Shown here: piece after piece, positions 17,602-26,614 of the stretch
How positions within the stretch are numbered: the first letter of the stretch is position 1
Layout: each line of letters starts with the position of its first letter
Assembly: GCA_022706685.1 (NCBI GenBank)
Contig: JAKJCA010000002.1
Coordinates: 4,459-68,458, forward strand
From: Bacillota bacterium
GTDB lineage: Bacteria; Bacillota; Clostridia; Oscillospirales; Acutalibacteraceae
Length of the DNA stretch: 64,000 nt
Reading direction: 5' to 3'
The notes under the pieces: generated by a model
Databases searched by the model: none
What the model was told of the DNA's origin: nothing
The model's input: only the letters and a program-made list of their open reading frames with translations
Program-made: the position numbers and the translations under genes

Positions 17602-19376
17602 TTCGGCACCTCACCGGGCGTTTGCGCAAGCGGGCGCAGCGTATTTCTGATTTCCGAAAGGAAGTCGTCAAACATTTCGGGTTTGTCGTTCGGGATTTTC
17701 TGCTTGAGCGACGCCGTCTTGTCGAAAAGCCCCGTCGCGGTGATTTTCGACAGCGGCACCTTGTTCTTAATGAGGTCGGCGCAGGTATCGTAGAGTGTGA
17801 TCATGCAGCGCATCATGCCCAACTGTTTAATAAGTGGAACGGACGTATCCATGGGATTGGTGGCGTCCTGCTGCAGGAAGCCGATGCGGATGACCCGCGC
17901 CGTTTCGATAATCAGCCGCTGTTCGTCGGGCAGCACGTCCGCGCCGATGAGTTTGACGATATCCATCAGTTCCTTCTCGTCGAGAAGGATGGCGTACATG
18001 CGGTTTCGCATGGTTACAAAGTCGGCGCCGACGTTTTCGTCGTACCAGGCGGACAGGTCGGACAGGTACTCGCTGTAGGAGTCGGTCCAGTTGATGGCCG
18101 GAAAATGGCGGGCGTACGCGAGGTTTTTGTCGAGCGCCCAGAAACAGCGGGTGAAACGCTTGGTGTTCTGCGTCACCGGTTCGGAAAAATCCGAGCCCTG
18201 CGGCGACACGGCGCCGATGGCGGTGACGGAGCCCGTTTCGCCGGTCAGCAGCTCGAACAAGCCGGCGCGCTCATAAAACTCCGACAGCCGCGAGGGCAGA
18301 TAGGCCGGGAACCCCTCCTCGGCGGGCATTTCCTCCAAACGGCCCGAGATTTCGCGCAGCGCTTCCGCCCAGCGCGACGTCGAGTCGGCAAAAAGGGCGG
18401 TGTGATAACCCATATCGCGGTAATATTCGGCGATGGTGATGCCCGTGTAGATGGAGGCCTCCCTTGCCGCGACGGGCATATTCGAGGTGTTGGCGATCAG
18501 CACGGTCCGGTTGGTCAGCGGGCTGCCGGTGCGCGGGTCGGTGATTTCCGCGAACTCCCTGAGCGCCTGTGTCATTTCGTTGCCCCGTTCGCCGCAGCCG
18601 ACGTAGATGATGATATCCGCGTCGCACCATTTGGCCAGCTGGTGCTGCGTAACCGTCTTGCCCGTACCGAAACCGCCGGGCACGACCGCCGCCCCGCCTT
18701 TGGCCACGGGGTACAGGGTGTCCACAATCCGCTGGCCGGTAATCAGCGGCCTCGTCAGAGGCAGCCGCCTGTTGACGGGCCTCGCTTTTTTAATCGGCCA
18801 GGTGTGGCAGAGCGTCAGCTCATGCAGGCGGCCGGCGCTGTCTTTCAAAGTCGCGATGGTGTCGTTGACCCTGTATCGGCCGCTTGGCTTGCAGTCGGCC
18901 ACCTCGCCGGCCAGCAACGGGTGCAGCAGGATTTTATGCATGACTACGGGCGTTTCGGGGCAGCGGGCGTAGCAGTCGCCGCCTTTGAGCCGGTCGCCGG
19001 GTTTGACGAGGATTTCCACATCCCACAGCGCGTTTTCGTCGAGCGGGAAGGACTTGATGCCGCGGGTGATGAAATTGCCGGCCTGCTCGGCGACCGCAAG
19101 CAGGGGGTTTTGGATTCCGTCGTAGATGTTTTTCATGATGCCGGGCCCCAGCACGGCGCTCATCGGCCCGCCCGTCGACACGACAGGCTCGCCGGGTTTC
19201 ATGCCGGAGGTATCCTCATACACCTGTATCGTCGCCGAATCCGCGCCGATGCCGATGACCTCGCCCGAGAGCTGCCGGCGGCCGACACGCACGAGTTCAA
19301 GCATTTTCAAATCCGTTTTGCCCCTGACGGTGACGACGGGGCCGTTGATGGAAAAAACAGTGTATTCTGTCGACAA
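17598..19376 (-). CDS. ntpA: V-type ATP synthase catalytic subunit A
   Basis: Walker A PGGFGTGKTV plus the blocks ...ERGNEMT... and ...PAINW... The track ORF (to 19505) runs into subunit E. A plausible start is TTG 19376 or GTG 19385, giving (M)STEYTVFSINGPVVTV. Confidence 0.95.
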   Translation of the reverse strand: MSTEYTVFSINGPVVTVRGKTDLKMLELVRVGRRQLSGEVIGIGADSATIQVYEDTSGMKPGEPVVSTGGPMSAVLGPGIMKNIYDGIQNPLLAVAEQAGNFITRGIKSFPLDENALWDVEILVKPGDRLKGGDCYARCPETPVVMHKILLHPLLAGEVADCKPSGRYRVNDTIATLKDSAGRLHELTLCHTWPIKKARPVNRRLPLTRPLITGQRIVDTLYPVAKGGAAVVPGGFGTGKTVTQHQLAKWCDADIIIYVGCGERGNEMTQALREFAEITDPRTGSPLTNRTVLIANTSNMPVAAREASIYTGITIAEYYRDMGYHTALFADSTSRWAEALREISGRLEEMPAEEGFPAYLPSRLSEFYERAGLFELLTGETGSVTAIGAVSPQGSDFSEPVTQNTKRFTRCFWALDKNLAYARHFPAINWTDSYSEYLSDLSAWYDENVGADFVTMRNRMYAILLDEKELMDIVKLIGADVLPDEQRLIIETARVIRIGFLQQDATNPMDTSVPLIKQLGMMRCMITLYDTCADLIKNKVPLSKITATGLFDKTASLKQKIPNDKPEMFDDFLSEIRNTLRPLAQTPGEVPK

Positions 19377-19402
19377 AAAAATCACCCTGCCTTCAAAGAG
19401 GC

Positions 19403-20005
19403 CTAATTGTATTTGGAAAGGCCGGACATTTCGAAGAATTCCTGCTTGCGGCTTTCGAGCCTCGAGTCGAGCGTGTCGTCGACGCCGACGTTGCTGCCCT
19501 CGCATTCGGCGCGCAGGCCTCCGAGCTGAATGCCCTCGTCCGCCGTCACTTCGCAGGGAACCCCCGCGGCGGCGCGGATGTCGTCGGCAAAACGCAGGTC
19601 GCTTTGCCTCGCCCGGAAGGCAATTCCGCCCCGGCGGTAGTATCCGGCGATTCTTTTCGCGCTTTGGACCAGGAAATCCTTATACGCCGGCGTTTCGGTG
19701 TACGCGGCGATTTGTGAGCGCACCTGTGAAAAAACCGCGGCGGCAATGTCCTCTTTTTTTTGCGCAAGCTGCGCGCTGAGCGTCTCCTCCAGCTGCGCGA
19801 CCTGCCTGGCGGCAAGGACGTGCGCGCGCCGCTCCTCGGCGCGTATCACCGAAAGGCTCAGTTCGCGCGCCTCGTTTTCGGCGTTCGCGCGTTCCCGCGC
19901 CATGGTATCCGCGAGTTCCCGTTCAATCTGGGCGCGGCGGCGCTTGAGGTCTTCGTCGATCGCGGCGAAAAATTGTTCCATTTTAACATCCTGGCTGTCT
20001 GCCAT
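19403..20005 (-). CDS. ntpE: V-type ATP synthase subunit E
   Basis: 200 aa. It has a long charged coiled-coil N-terminus and a globular C-terminus, and sits between F and A. Confidence 0.8.
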   Translation of the reverse strand: MADSQDVKMEQFFAAIDEDLKRRRAQIERELADTMARERANAENEARELSLSVIRAEERRAHVLAARQVAQLEETLSAQLAQKKEDIAAAVFSQVRSQIAAYTETPAYKDFLVQSAKRIAGYYRRGGIAFRARQSDLRFADDIRAAAGVPCEVTADEGIQLGGLRAECEGSNVGVDDTLDSRLESRKQEFFEMSGLSKYN

Positions 20006-20032
20006 TCTTTTCGCCTCCCGCGACTTGGCGTA

Positions 20033-20338
20033 TCAGAGTTTGATGCCGATGGCGGCCTGCACGTACCGCTCGATGGTGTTGACGTCTTTCAGGCCGTGCC
20101 TGTCCGGTACCTCGATAATGATCGGGCGTTTGCAGTCGACCTTATATTTCAGCAGCACGTCCGGGAACAGCTCGCCGAGTTTTTGGGTGACGAGCACGAT
20201 GCCGATATCCGGGTCGGACACGGCGCGGTCCATCGCCGCCGTGAACTCGCCGAGTTCATGGACGACGGTGCCTTCGATGCCCGCAAGGCGAAGCCCCGCC
20301 TGGGTGTCGACGTTGTCGCTGACCAGAAAAAAACGCAC
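20033..20338 (-). CDS. ntpF: V-type ATP synthase subunit F
   Basis: 101 aa, with MRFFLVSDNVDTQAGLRLAGIEG typical of subunit F. Confidence 0.85.
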   Translation of the reverse strand: MRFFLVSDNVDTQAGLRLAGIEGTVVHELGEFTAAMDRAVSDPDIGIVLVTQKLGELFPDVLLKYKVDCKRPIIIEVPDRHGLKDVNTIERYVQAAIGIKL

Positions 20339-20359
20339 GCGAACATTCCTCCGCCGGGT

Positions 20360-20812
20360 TCAGACTTTGTTGAGGATGAGAATGGAAATGACCACGCCGT
20401 ACAGCGCGATGGATTCGCCCAGCGCGACGAAAATCAGCGACTTGCCGAAACTTTTCGGGTCCTCGCTCGACGCCGCGATCGCGGCAGGGGCGCCCGCCGC
20501 GACGGCGATGCCTCCGCCGATACCGGCCAGGCCGGTCACGATGCCGGCAGCCAGAAGGCCGAGTCCTTTGAAACCGGTGGTATCGGCCTGCGTCTGGGCG
20601 GCCGCGGCCGTCGTCGTCTGCGTGGAACCCGCCGCGGCGGCGGTGAACACCAGGCACGAAACCGTAATGGCGATGACGGCGAACACGACCAGCTGCGTTT
20701 TAAAAACCCGGCCGGCCGGTTTGCCGTGCGCCTTTCTCGACAGCGCGTACAGGACCGAACCGAACAAAGCTGCAGGGACAACCAGAACCAACAGAACAGT
20801 CAACCAAAGCAT
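20360..20812 (-). CDS. ntpK: V-type ATP synthase proteolipid subunit K (atypical N-terminal half)
   Basis: The C-terminal hairpin has a Gly-rich helix GLAGIGGGIAVAAGAPAA and the carboxylate helix FVALGESIALYGVV. The start is ATG 20812 with a GGAGG SD. The rest of the 427-aa track ORF is off-frame overlap with subunit I. Confidence 0.85.
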   Translation of the reverse strand: MLWLTVLLVLVVPAALFGSVLYALSRKAHGKPAGRVFKTQLVVFAVIAITVSCLVFTAAAAGSTQTTTAAAAQTQADTTGFKGLGLLAAGIVTGLAGIGGGIAVAAGAPAAIAASSEDPKSFGKSLIFVALGESIALYGVVISILILNKV

Positions 20813-20832
20813 GACAAAAACCTCCGATATGT

Positions 20833-22782
20833 TTACTTGAGTTCCAACTGCTTTTTCGCGCTTTTGAACGAGGGGTTTACCGAGCGGAAGGGCCTGCCCT
20901 CGCCCTCCAGGAAATGGCTGAACATTTCGTAAAACTCGAGCCTGAGCGTTTGAATCCCCGTCAGCAGACCCTCGAGGACGATGACCAGCGCGTTGCCCAA
21001 TATCACGACAACGATATTTCTGCCTTCGTTCGCGAGCGAAAAAACGACCATCATCATGCCCGCGTGCACCAGGACGAAGGCGCCGACCCGCAGAAAGGAG
21101 AGGGTGTTGCTGAAATAGGCCAGTACGTGTTCGAGCATCTCGAAAATGTTCTGCATCACGAACTCGCCGGGGCTCGCCCGCTCGCTTGCCTCGCGGCGGT
21201 CGATTTTGGCGATGAGAAAGTCTTTGAAAAAGATACACAGCCCTCCGGCGGAAAGGCAGGCCAGCGCCGCCGCGGGGGGGATGAGGCTCCGGCCGCTCAT
21301 GAAGGCGTAAACCTCCGATACGCCGGCGAGGTAAAATACAATGCCGGCCAGGCCGTTGTTGCTGAACAAGGCCTCGCCGAACAGTTTTTTCTTCATCGAG
21401 TCGTACACGTGAATCGCCATGGACAGCGTGACGAGCGCGATGCCGATGCAGATGGCGAAGAACAGGATGGCGTTGACCGATTCCATCACCGGCAGGGGTT
21501 TGGAAGCCAGGCCCATCGCGCGGTACACCGGGTCGAGCAAATTCTCGTAGCCGAACACCGAGCCGAAAATAAAACCGAAAAACATCGACGAAGCGCCGCA
21601 CAGGACGAGCACCTTGCCCAGCGCCATTCCCTTGAAGCGCCACATCAGGTAACCCGCCGCCCCGAGCACCAGCCCCTGCCCCAGGTCGCCGAACATCATG
21701 CCGAAAATCACAGTATAAGTCAGCGCGACGAAAGCGGTGATGTCCGCTCCGCCGTAGGAGGGCATGCCGTACATGGTGACAAAAAACTCAAAAGGCCTGA
21801 CGAAAAGGCTGTTGCGTATCTTTACCGGCGTGTCCGCGTTTTTTTTTTCGGACTGGCCGATTTCAACGTTGATATCGTCCAGCCCGGCGAGGTTCGATTT
21901 CAGTTTCCCGATATAGGCGGCGGGCATCCAGCAGACAAAATAGAACTGGTTCCTTTTATACGCGGCAAAGGACCGGATGTTGAACAATTCGTCGAGCTTT
22001 TTGAAGTGCGAATACAGCGCGGTGATTTCGCCGGAGTTTTCCTGCCAGTAACTGCCGATTTCGCCGTCAAGGCGGGCGATCTGCTCTTTGATGATGGCCT
22101 CGTTGTTCTCGAGGTTTTTAATAATCTCGGCAATCGAGCCGGCGCCCCCGGGCAGATGGATTCTTTCAAAATACAGCAGCGAAAAGATGCGGTCGATCTC
22201 CTCCACCTTGCTTTGCGGCGCGAAGTAGGCGCCCCAGTACTCGGTCTGTGTATTCGAACAGGGTACAAAAAACAGATAGGGGTTTTCGTCGTAGGCGAGC
22301 AGTTTGTAGTAACTGTCTTTCGGGAAATGGCCGAAACGGATTTTGATGAATTCGCAGGCGAACAGTTCCCCGAGGTCGACGTCGAGGCTTTCGAAATGGC
22401 TGAACTGCTCGATGCCCTTGTCGCAGGCTTCGAGCTGGTCGGTGAGTTCTTTGCGCTCGGCGTAGATGCGCGCGACTTCCTGTTCGAACGCGCTGACTTT
22501 GCCGGCGTCCGGGGTATTGCTGATTTCCTCAAAAGAGACCGGCTGCGCTTTGAGCGTCACGCCGAGCAGTTTGGCGAGTTCTTCGATTTTCTGAATAACC
22601 GGGGCGAAAGTGTTTTCTTCCCTTAATTCGCTGAACCCCATGGAGCGCGAGAGGTATTCGACGGCGTTCTCCGGCTGGAACTCGCCGCTGTTGTAGCACG
22701 CCTCGATAAAGCGGTCGAGCCGGCTGAGGTTGCCGGCGGCGCGCACGAGGTTCATTTTCACGATAGCCATGGATTTCACCAC
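20833..22782 (-). CDS. ntpI: V-type ATP synthase subunit I (a-subunit)
   Basis: 649 aa, with a soluble N-terminal half and a C-terminal multi-TM half containing the conserved ...LSFLRVGAFVLVHA... Arg helix. Confidence 0.9.
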   Translation of the reverse strand: MVKSMAIVKMNLVRAAGNLSRLDRFIEACYNSGEFQPENAVEYLSRSMGFSELREENTFAPVIQKIEELAKLLGVTLKAQPVSFEEISNTPDAGKVSAFEQEVARIYAERKELTDQLEACDKGIEQFSHFESLDVDLGELFACEFIKIRFGHFPKDSYYKLLAYDENPYLFFVPCSNTQTEYWGAYFAPQSKVEEIDRIFSLLYFERIHLPGGAGSIAEIIKNLENNEAIIKEQIARLDGEIGSYWQENSGEITALYSHFKKLDELFNIRSFAAYKRNQFYFVCWMPAAYIGKLKSNLAGLDDINVEIGQSEKKNADTPVKIRNSLFVRPFEFFVTMYGMPSYGGADITAFVALTYTVIFGMMFGDLGQGLVLGAAGYLMWRFKGMALGKVLVLCGASSMFFGFIFGSVFGYENLLDPVYRAMGLASKPLPVMESVNAILFFAICIGIALVTLSMAIHVYDSMKKKLFGEALFSNNGLAGIVFYLAGVSEVYAFMSGRSLIPPAAALACLSAGGLCIFFKDFLIAKIDRREASERASPGEFVMQNIFEMLEHVLAYFSNTLSFLRVGAFVLVHAGMMMVVFSLANEGRNIVVVILGNALVIVLEGLLTGIQTLRLEFYEMFSHFLEGEGRPFRSVNPSFKSAKKQLELK

Positions 22783-22794
22783 CGGAAAGGAGTG

Positions 22795-23844
22795 TCAGTC
22801 AGCCGCTCCGATGAGCATGGATTGGATTTTTTCGGGATAGAAACCGTAGCGGACGCCTTCGACGATATGGATGATGTTGTTGACCTCGTTGCCGGCCAGG
22901 TAGATGTAGCAGAGCATGACGACGGTCGGGTTGGTGGAATAGGTGATGGTTTTGCGGTGCCATTCATAGAGAATGCGGTCCGCCGTGCCTTCGATATACT
23001 GGGCCGGAAAGCGGCGGAAGCTTTTGCCGTAATACGACTCGCCGAGCCGCCGTAGGAACTCGTCGGGGCCGTCCGAACTCAGCAGAGCGTCCGCCTGCTT
23101 TTCGGTAAAATGGGTCAGCTCCGGGTAATAGAAATTGCGCAGATAACTTTCGCCCGCGCCGAGCATTTTAATCAGCCGGTACGCCGTCACAATAAAACGC
23201 ATGTCCGCCTGCAGCCGCAGCACTTCGAGGATTTCCTCGCGGCCGCCGCCCCTGCTTTCCTGCTCGGCCATCTCCCGCAGCGTGCGGTAAAAAAGCCGGT
23301 ACAGCCGGGCTTCGATATCGAGGTTGCTGCGCGGGTTCGGGAAACCTTCTTCAAACTCGGCGAGCAAATCGTGGTAAACGGTTCCGCGCACGGTATGGAG
23401 CAGTTCGCGGTAGGTGGTCACATAGGCCAGACTCTTGAGGTCGAGTTCGCTGTGCCGGCTGAAAAAACCGTTCATGGTGAAGATGTATTTTTCGCCGCTT
23501 CCCGACGAGAGCAGGCGCACGCAGGCCAGCAGATGCTTGATGTCCGACTGCATGATGAAGTAGCGGTAGAATTTTTTCCCGACGGACATCTCGTAACGGA
23601 TGAGTTTTGCGCTTCTGGTTTCGAGCGAATCTTTCAGCAGGTTTTCAAGCGGGCCGCGGTGCATCGCCGAAGCGGAAATGCCGGTGAAAAAATCCGAATA
23701 GGCGGTGCGGGACTTCAGGTAAGAGGCGATCTCGCCGACATCCCTGCACGCCGTCAAATCGTCGTAGTTGCGCGCGGACAGCCGCTGGCCGAACAGATAT
23801 TTGGATTCGGCAAAAACCGAGTTGGAAGCGAAACCGTTTTTCAT
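22795..23844 (-). CDS. ntpC: V-type ATP synthase subunit C (d-type)
   Basis: 349 aa, helical. Size and position are typical of the subunit between G/H and I. Confidence 0.8.
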   Translation of the reverse strand: MKNGFASNSVFAESKYLFGQRLSARNYDDLTACRDVGEIASYLKSRTAYSDFFTGISASAMHRGPLENLLKDSLETRSAKLIRYEMSVGKKFYRYFIMQSDIKHLLACVRLLSSGSGEKYIFTMNGFFSRHSELDLKSLAYVTTYRELLHTVRGTVYHDLLAEFEEGFPNPRSNLDIEARLYRLFYRTLREMAEQESRGGGREEILEVLRLQADMRFIVTAYRLIKMLGAGESYLRNFYYPELTHFTEKQADALLSSDGPDEFLRRLGESYYGKSFRRFPAQYIEGTADRILYEWHRKTITYSTNPTVVMLCYIYLAGNEVNNIIHIVEGVRYGFYPEKIQSMLIGAAD

Positions 23845-23877
23845 ATCGACCGCCTTGCGTGAACCCCTTCAAAAAGC

Positions 23878-24186
23878 CTATTCGAGCGTCCGGGCAAAAA
23901 TCTCCCTGACCCATCTTTCCCGGTGTTCGGCAAAATCCTTATCGAGGGCCGCTTGCGCTTTGGCGTATTTTTCCTTCAGTTGCGCCGCCTTTTTTTCGGC
24001 GTTCGCGAGGACGGAACGCTTTGTTTCTTCCGCCGTGCGGCGCGCTTCTTCCAGGCGGAGGTCGATGATTTTCTGCCTTTCGGCGCCGATGCTCGCCAGC
24101 GCCGCGCGCTCCGCCTCCAAAGCGTCGTGCGCCTGTTTTCTCGCCGCTTTGTCGACTTCGATGATTTTTAAAAGCGCTTCGTTCAA
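23878..24186 (-). CDS. Small coiled-coil V-ATPase stalk subunit (G/H-like)
   Basis: 102 aa, rich in A/E/K/R. It is the first gene of the operon, with a TTG start behind an AAGGAGAG SD. Confidence 0.55.
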   Translation of the reverse strand: MNEALLKIIEVDKAARKQAHDALEAERAALASIGAERQKIIDLRLEEARRTAEETKRSVLANAEKKAAQLKEKYAKAQAALDKDFAEHRERWVREIFARTLE

Positions 24187-24273
24187 AGTTCTCTCTCCTT
24201 TGCGGTGAAAAAGCGCCTATCTTATGAAACAAGAAGTCATTGTAGCACAACGCAAAGTGAAAGTATGAACAAA

Positions 24274-24771
24274 TTATGAACTTATCTCAATCGCCATCGG
24301 CGTCCGGACGACCCCCTGGGAACCGGCCGCTTTCAGGCTCGGGCCGTAGTAGAGGCCGGGCGCTCTCCCGCCGGGGAAAAGGTCCGCCAGCGGCATCATC
24401 ACAAAGGCCCGCTCGAGCGCGCGCGGATGGGGCAGCGTCAGTTCGAAACTTTCGCTTTTGACGCCTTCGTAAAGGATCAGGTCCAGGTCGAGGATGCGCG
24501 GGCCGTCTTTGAATTTCCTGATTCTTCCGCAGGCGGCCTCGATGCCCAGGCAGACGCCCAGCAGCGCGTAAGGGGACAGCGCCGTCTCCAGCAGCAGCGC
24601 GGCGTTGAGGAAACGCGGCTGGTTGACAATGCCGACCGGTTCCGTTTCATAGACGGCCGAGGCCGCGGTCAGCCGCGTCTGGGGAATCTGTTCCAGCGCC
24701 CGCACGGCCTTGCGGATGTTTTCTTCACGGTTGCCGAGGTTGGTGCCCACGGCGATAACGGCTTTGCTCAT
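24274..24771 (-). CDS. folK: 2-amino-4-hydroxy-6-hydroxymethyldihydropteridine diphosphokinase
   Basis: HPPK blocks AVIAVGTNLG, YETEPVG, PRILDLDLILY and LPHPR. Confidence 0.9.
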   Translation of the reverse strand: MSKAVIAVGTNLGNREENIRKAVRALEQIPQTRLTAASAVYETEPVGIVNQPRFLNAALLLETALSPYALLGVCLGIEAACGRIRKFKDGPRILDLDLILYEGVKSESFELTLPHPRALERAFVMMPLADLFPGGRAPGLYYGPSLKAAGSQGVVRTPMAIEISS

Positions 24772-25142
24772 ACGGGAACGGCCTCTCTCGTTCTTTCGAT
24801 TTCCACCGCGACGAAAGCGAAATCCGCCGCGACGGGCGCGTCGGGTTTTTTCAGCCGCACGAAGACCTTTTCGACGAGGGGGAACTCCGCCAGCAGCGCG
24901 TCCGCCACGCGCTGCGCCGCCCGTTCGAGGAGGTTGTCCGCCTGCAGGGTAAACACCCGCGACGCGGTTTTGATGATGGCGGCGTAACTGACCGTATCGC
25001 CGATGTTGTCGGACCCGCAGGCCTTCTCCAGCGGCAGAGACGCTTCGATGTCGAGCAAAAAATACTGGCCTTCGCGTTTCTCTTCAGGGTTGACCCCGTG
25101 ATACGCGAAAAGTTTCAGTTTGTTGACGATGATCTTGTCCGT
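24768..25142 (-). CDS. folB: Dihydroneopterin aldolase. The conserved N-terminus is encoded without a canonical start codon.
   Basis: The track ORF starts at TTG 25058. The in-frame upstream codons read TDKIIVNKLKLFAYHGVNPEEKREGQYF, which is the conserved first strands of FolB. ACG (25142-25140) sits where ATG is expected, 6 nt after AGGTG and right after the folP TGA. Confidence 0.8.
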   Translation of the reverse strand, partial: TDKIIVNKLKLFAYHGVNPEEKREGQYFLLDIEASLPLEKACGSDNIGDTVSYAAIIKTASRVFTLQADNLLERAAQRVADALLAEFPLVEKVFVRLKKPDAPVAADFAFVAVEIERTREAVPV

Positions 25143-25145
25143 CTT

Positions 25146-25997
25146 TCACACCTGCCTTAGCACGCTGTCCGCGGTTTTCGCCGCCTGCACCGCCTGCGCG
25201 ACGTCATGCACCCGGATGATGTCCGCGCCGCCGGCGATCGCGATGGTATGGGCGGCGATTGTGCCCGCGAGCCGGTTTTCGGGTTTGGCTTCGCCCGAAG
25301 CGGTGCCGATGAGCCTTTTGCGCGACGCGCCGACGAGGATGGCGCAGCCGCCGGTTTTCATTTCGCGCAGGCAGCGGATAAGGCACAGATTATCCGTATA
25401 GCTTTTGCCGAAACCGATGCCCGGGTCAAAACACAGCCGCTGCGGGCCGAGGCCTGCCCGGGCGGCCGCCGCGAGCGCCTTTTCAAAAAACGAACGCACG
25501 GCGGCGACGACCCCGTCGGGAAAGGCCGTGTCCGTTTTGTCCGCCCCGCCGGAATTATGCATGGCCACATACCCGGCCCCCCGTTCGGCGGCCAGCGCCA
25601 GCAGGGCGGGATTCAGCGCGCCGCTGACGCAGTTGATGATGCAGGCGCCGTAATCGAGCGCGAGGCGGGCGGTCTGTTCGTGGACAGTGTCGATCGAAAC
25701 CGGAATATTCAGCCGGCCTTCAATCGCTTTGAATACCGGCAGGAGCCGCGCGTTTTCCTCGGCTGGGTCCAGCGCGAAAGCGCCGGGCCTCGTCGAGCAT
25801 GCGCCGATGTCGATGATATCGGCCCCCTCGGCCTGGATCTCGAACGCGCGCTGCGCGGCGGCTTCGGGGTCCAGATATTTTCCCCCGTCCGAAAAGGAGT
25901 CGGGCGTCACGTTGAGGATGCCCATCACATAGGTTTTTTTGCCCAGCGGCAGCGAAAAGCCGCCCGCCTGAAAAACGTCCGTAAAGGTCACCTCCAA
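25146..25997 (-). CDS. folP: Dihydropteroate synthase
   Basis: Blocks GILNVTPDSFSDGG, DIIDIGACSTRPG, DPGIGFGK and SRK. Confidence 0.95.
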   Translation of the reverse strand: MEVTFTDVFQAGGFSLPLGKKTYVMGILNVTPDSFSDGGKYLDPEAAAQRAFEIQAEGADIIDIGACSTRPGAFALDPAEENARLLPVFKAIEGRLNIPVSIDTVHEQTARLALDYGACIINCVSGALNPALLALAAERGAGYVAMHNSGGADKTDTAFPDGVVAAVRSFFEKALAAAARAGLGPQRLCFDPGIGFGKSYTDNLCLIRCLREMKTGGCAILVGASRKRLIGTASGEAKPENRLAGTIAAHTIAIAGGADIIRVHDVAQAVQAAKTADSVLRQV

Positions 25998-26016
25998 ACA
26001 GCCTGCGTCCGGAACG

Positions 26017-26580
26017 TTACCGCGCCGCTTTCAACAGCGACATAACCTCCGCCCTGGCTTTCGCGTCGCTGCGCATCGAGCCCCTGAGCGCCGAGGTTTC
26101 CGTGACGGCGCCGGCCGCTTTGGCGCCGCGCATGGTCATGCACAGGTGCTCCGCTTCCATGACCACCGCGACGCCGATGGGTTCGAGCTGCTCAAACAGG
26201 AAATCGGCGACCTGGCCGGTCAGCCTTTCCTGCAGCTGGGGCCGCCTGGCAAAGCAGGAGACGACACGCGCCAGTTTGGACAGACCGATAATCCGGCCGT
26301 CGCGCGGGATATAGGCGATATGCGCCTTGCCGGTGAACGGTACGAGGTGGTGTTCGCATATCGAATGAAGAGGAATGTCCCTGACGATGACGAGGTCCTC
26401 GGTATGGTCCTCGATGAAGGTTTTGACATAGTCCTTCGGATCCTCGTCGATGCCCGAAAAGATTTCCTCATACATATCGGCCACCCTCTGCGGCGTTTCC
26501 CGCAGCCCTTCGCGGTCCGGGTCCTCCCCGATGGCGGCCAGGATGTCGCGCACGGCGGCCTGAATTTTTTTCGTGTCCAT
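26017..26580 (-). CDS. folE: GTP cyclohydrolase I
   Basis: Blocks [12 protein letters not shown] and [10 protein letters not shown]. The start is ATG 26580 ([10 protein letters not shown]). The longer 432-aa track ORF is an off-frame extension over the neighbouring gene. Confidence 0.95.
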   Translation of the reverse strand: MDTKKIQAAVRDILAAIGEDPDREGLRETPQRVADMYEEIFSGIDEDPKDYVKTFIEDHTEDLVIVRDIPLHSICEHHLVPFTGKAHIAYIPRDGRIIGLSKLARVVSCFARRPQLQERLTGQVADFLFEQLEPIGVAVVMEAEHLCMTMRGAKAAGAVTETSALRGSMRSDAKARAEVMSLLKAAR

Positions 26581-26614
26581 GCTGTGTCCCCTTATCTTGC
26601 TGTGATGCGGGCCT

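Noticed and set aside
20813-21643. N-terminal 277 residues of the 427-aa ORF that ends in the proteolipid subunit
   Set aside because: This is an off-frame overlap with ntpI. The proteolipid has its own GGAGG and ATG at 20812.
17622-22626. Long plus-strand ORFs (594, 380, 390 and 570 aa) across the V-ATPase operon
   Set aside because: They are antisense to the highly conserved ntpA, ntpE, ntpK and ntpI genes. They have no motifs and are dominated by Arg, Gly and Asp.
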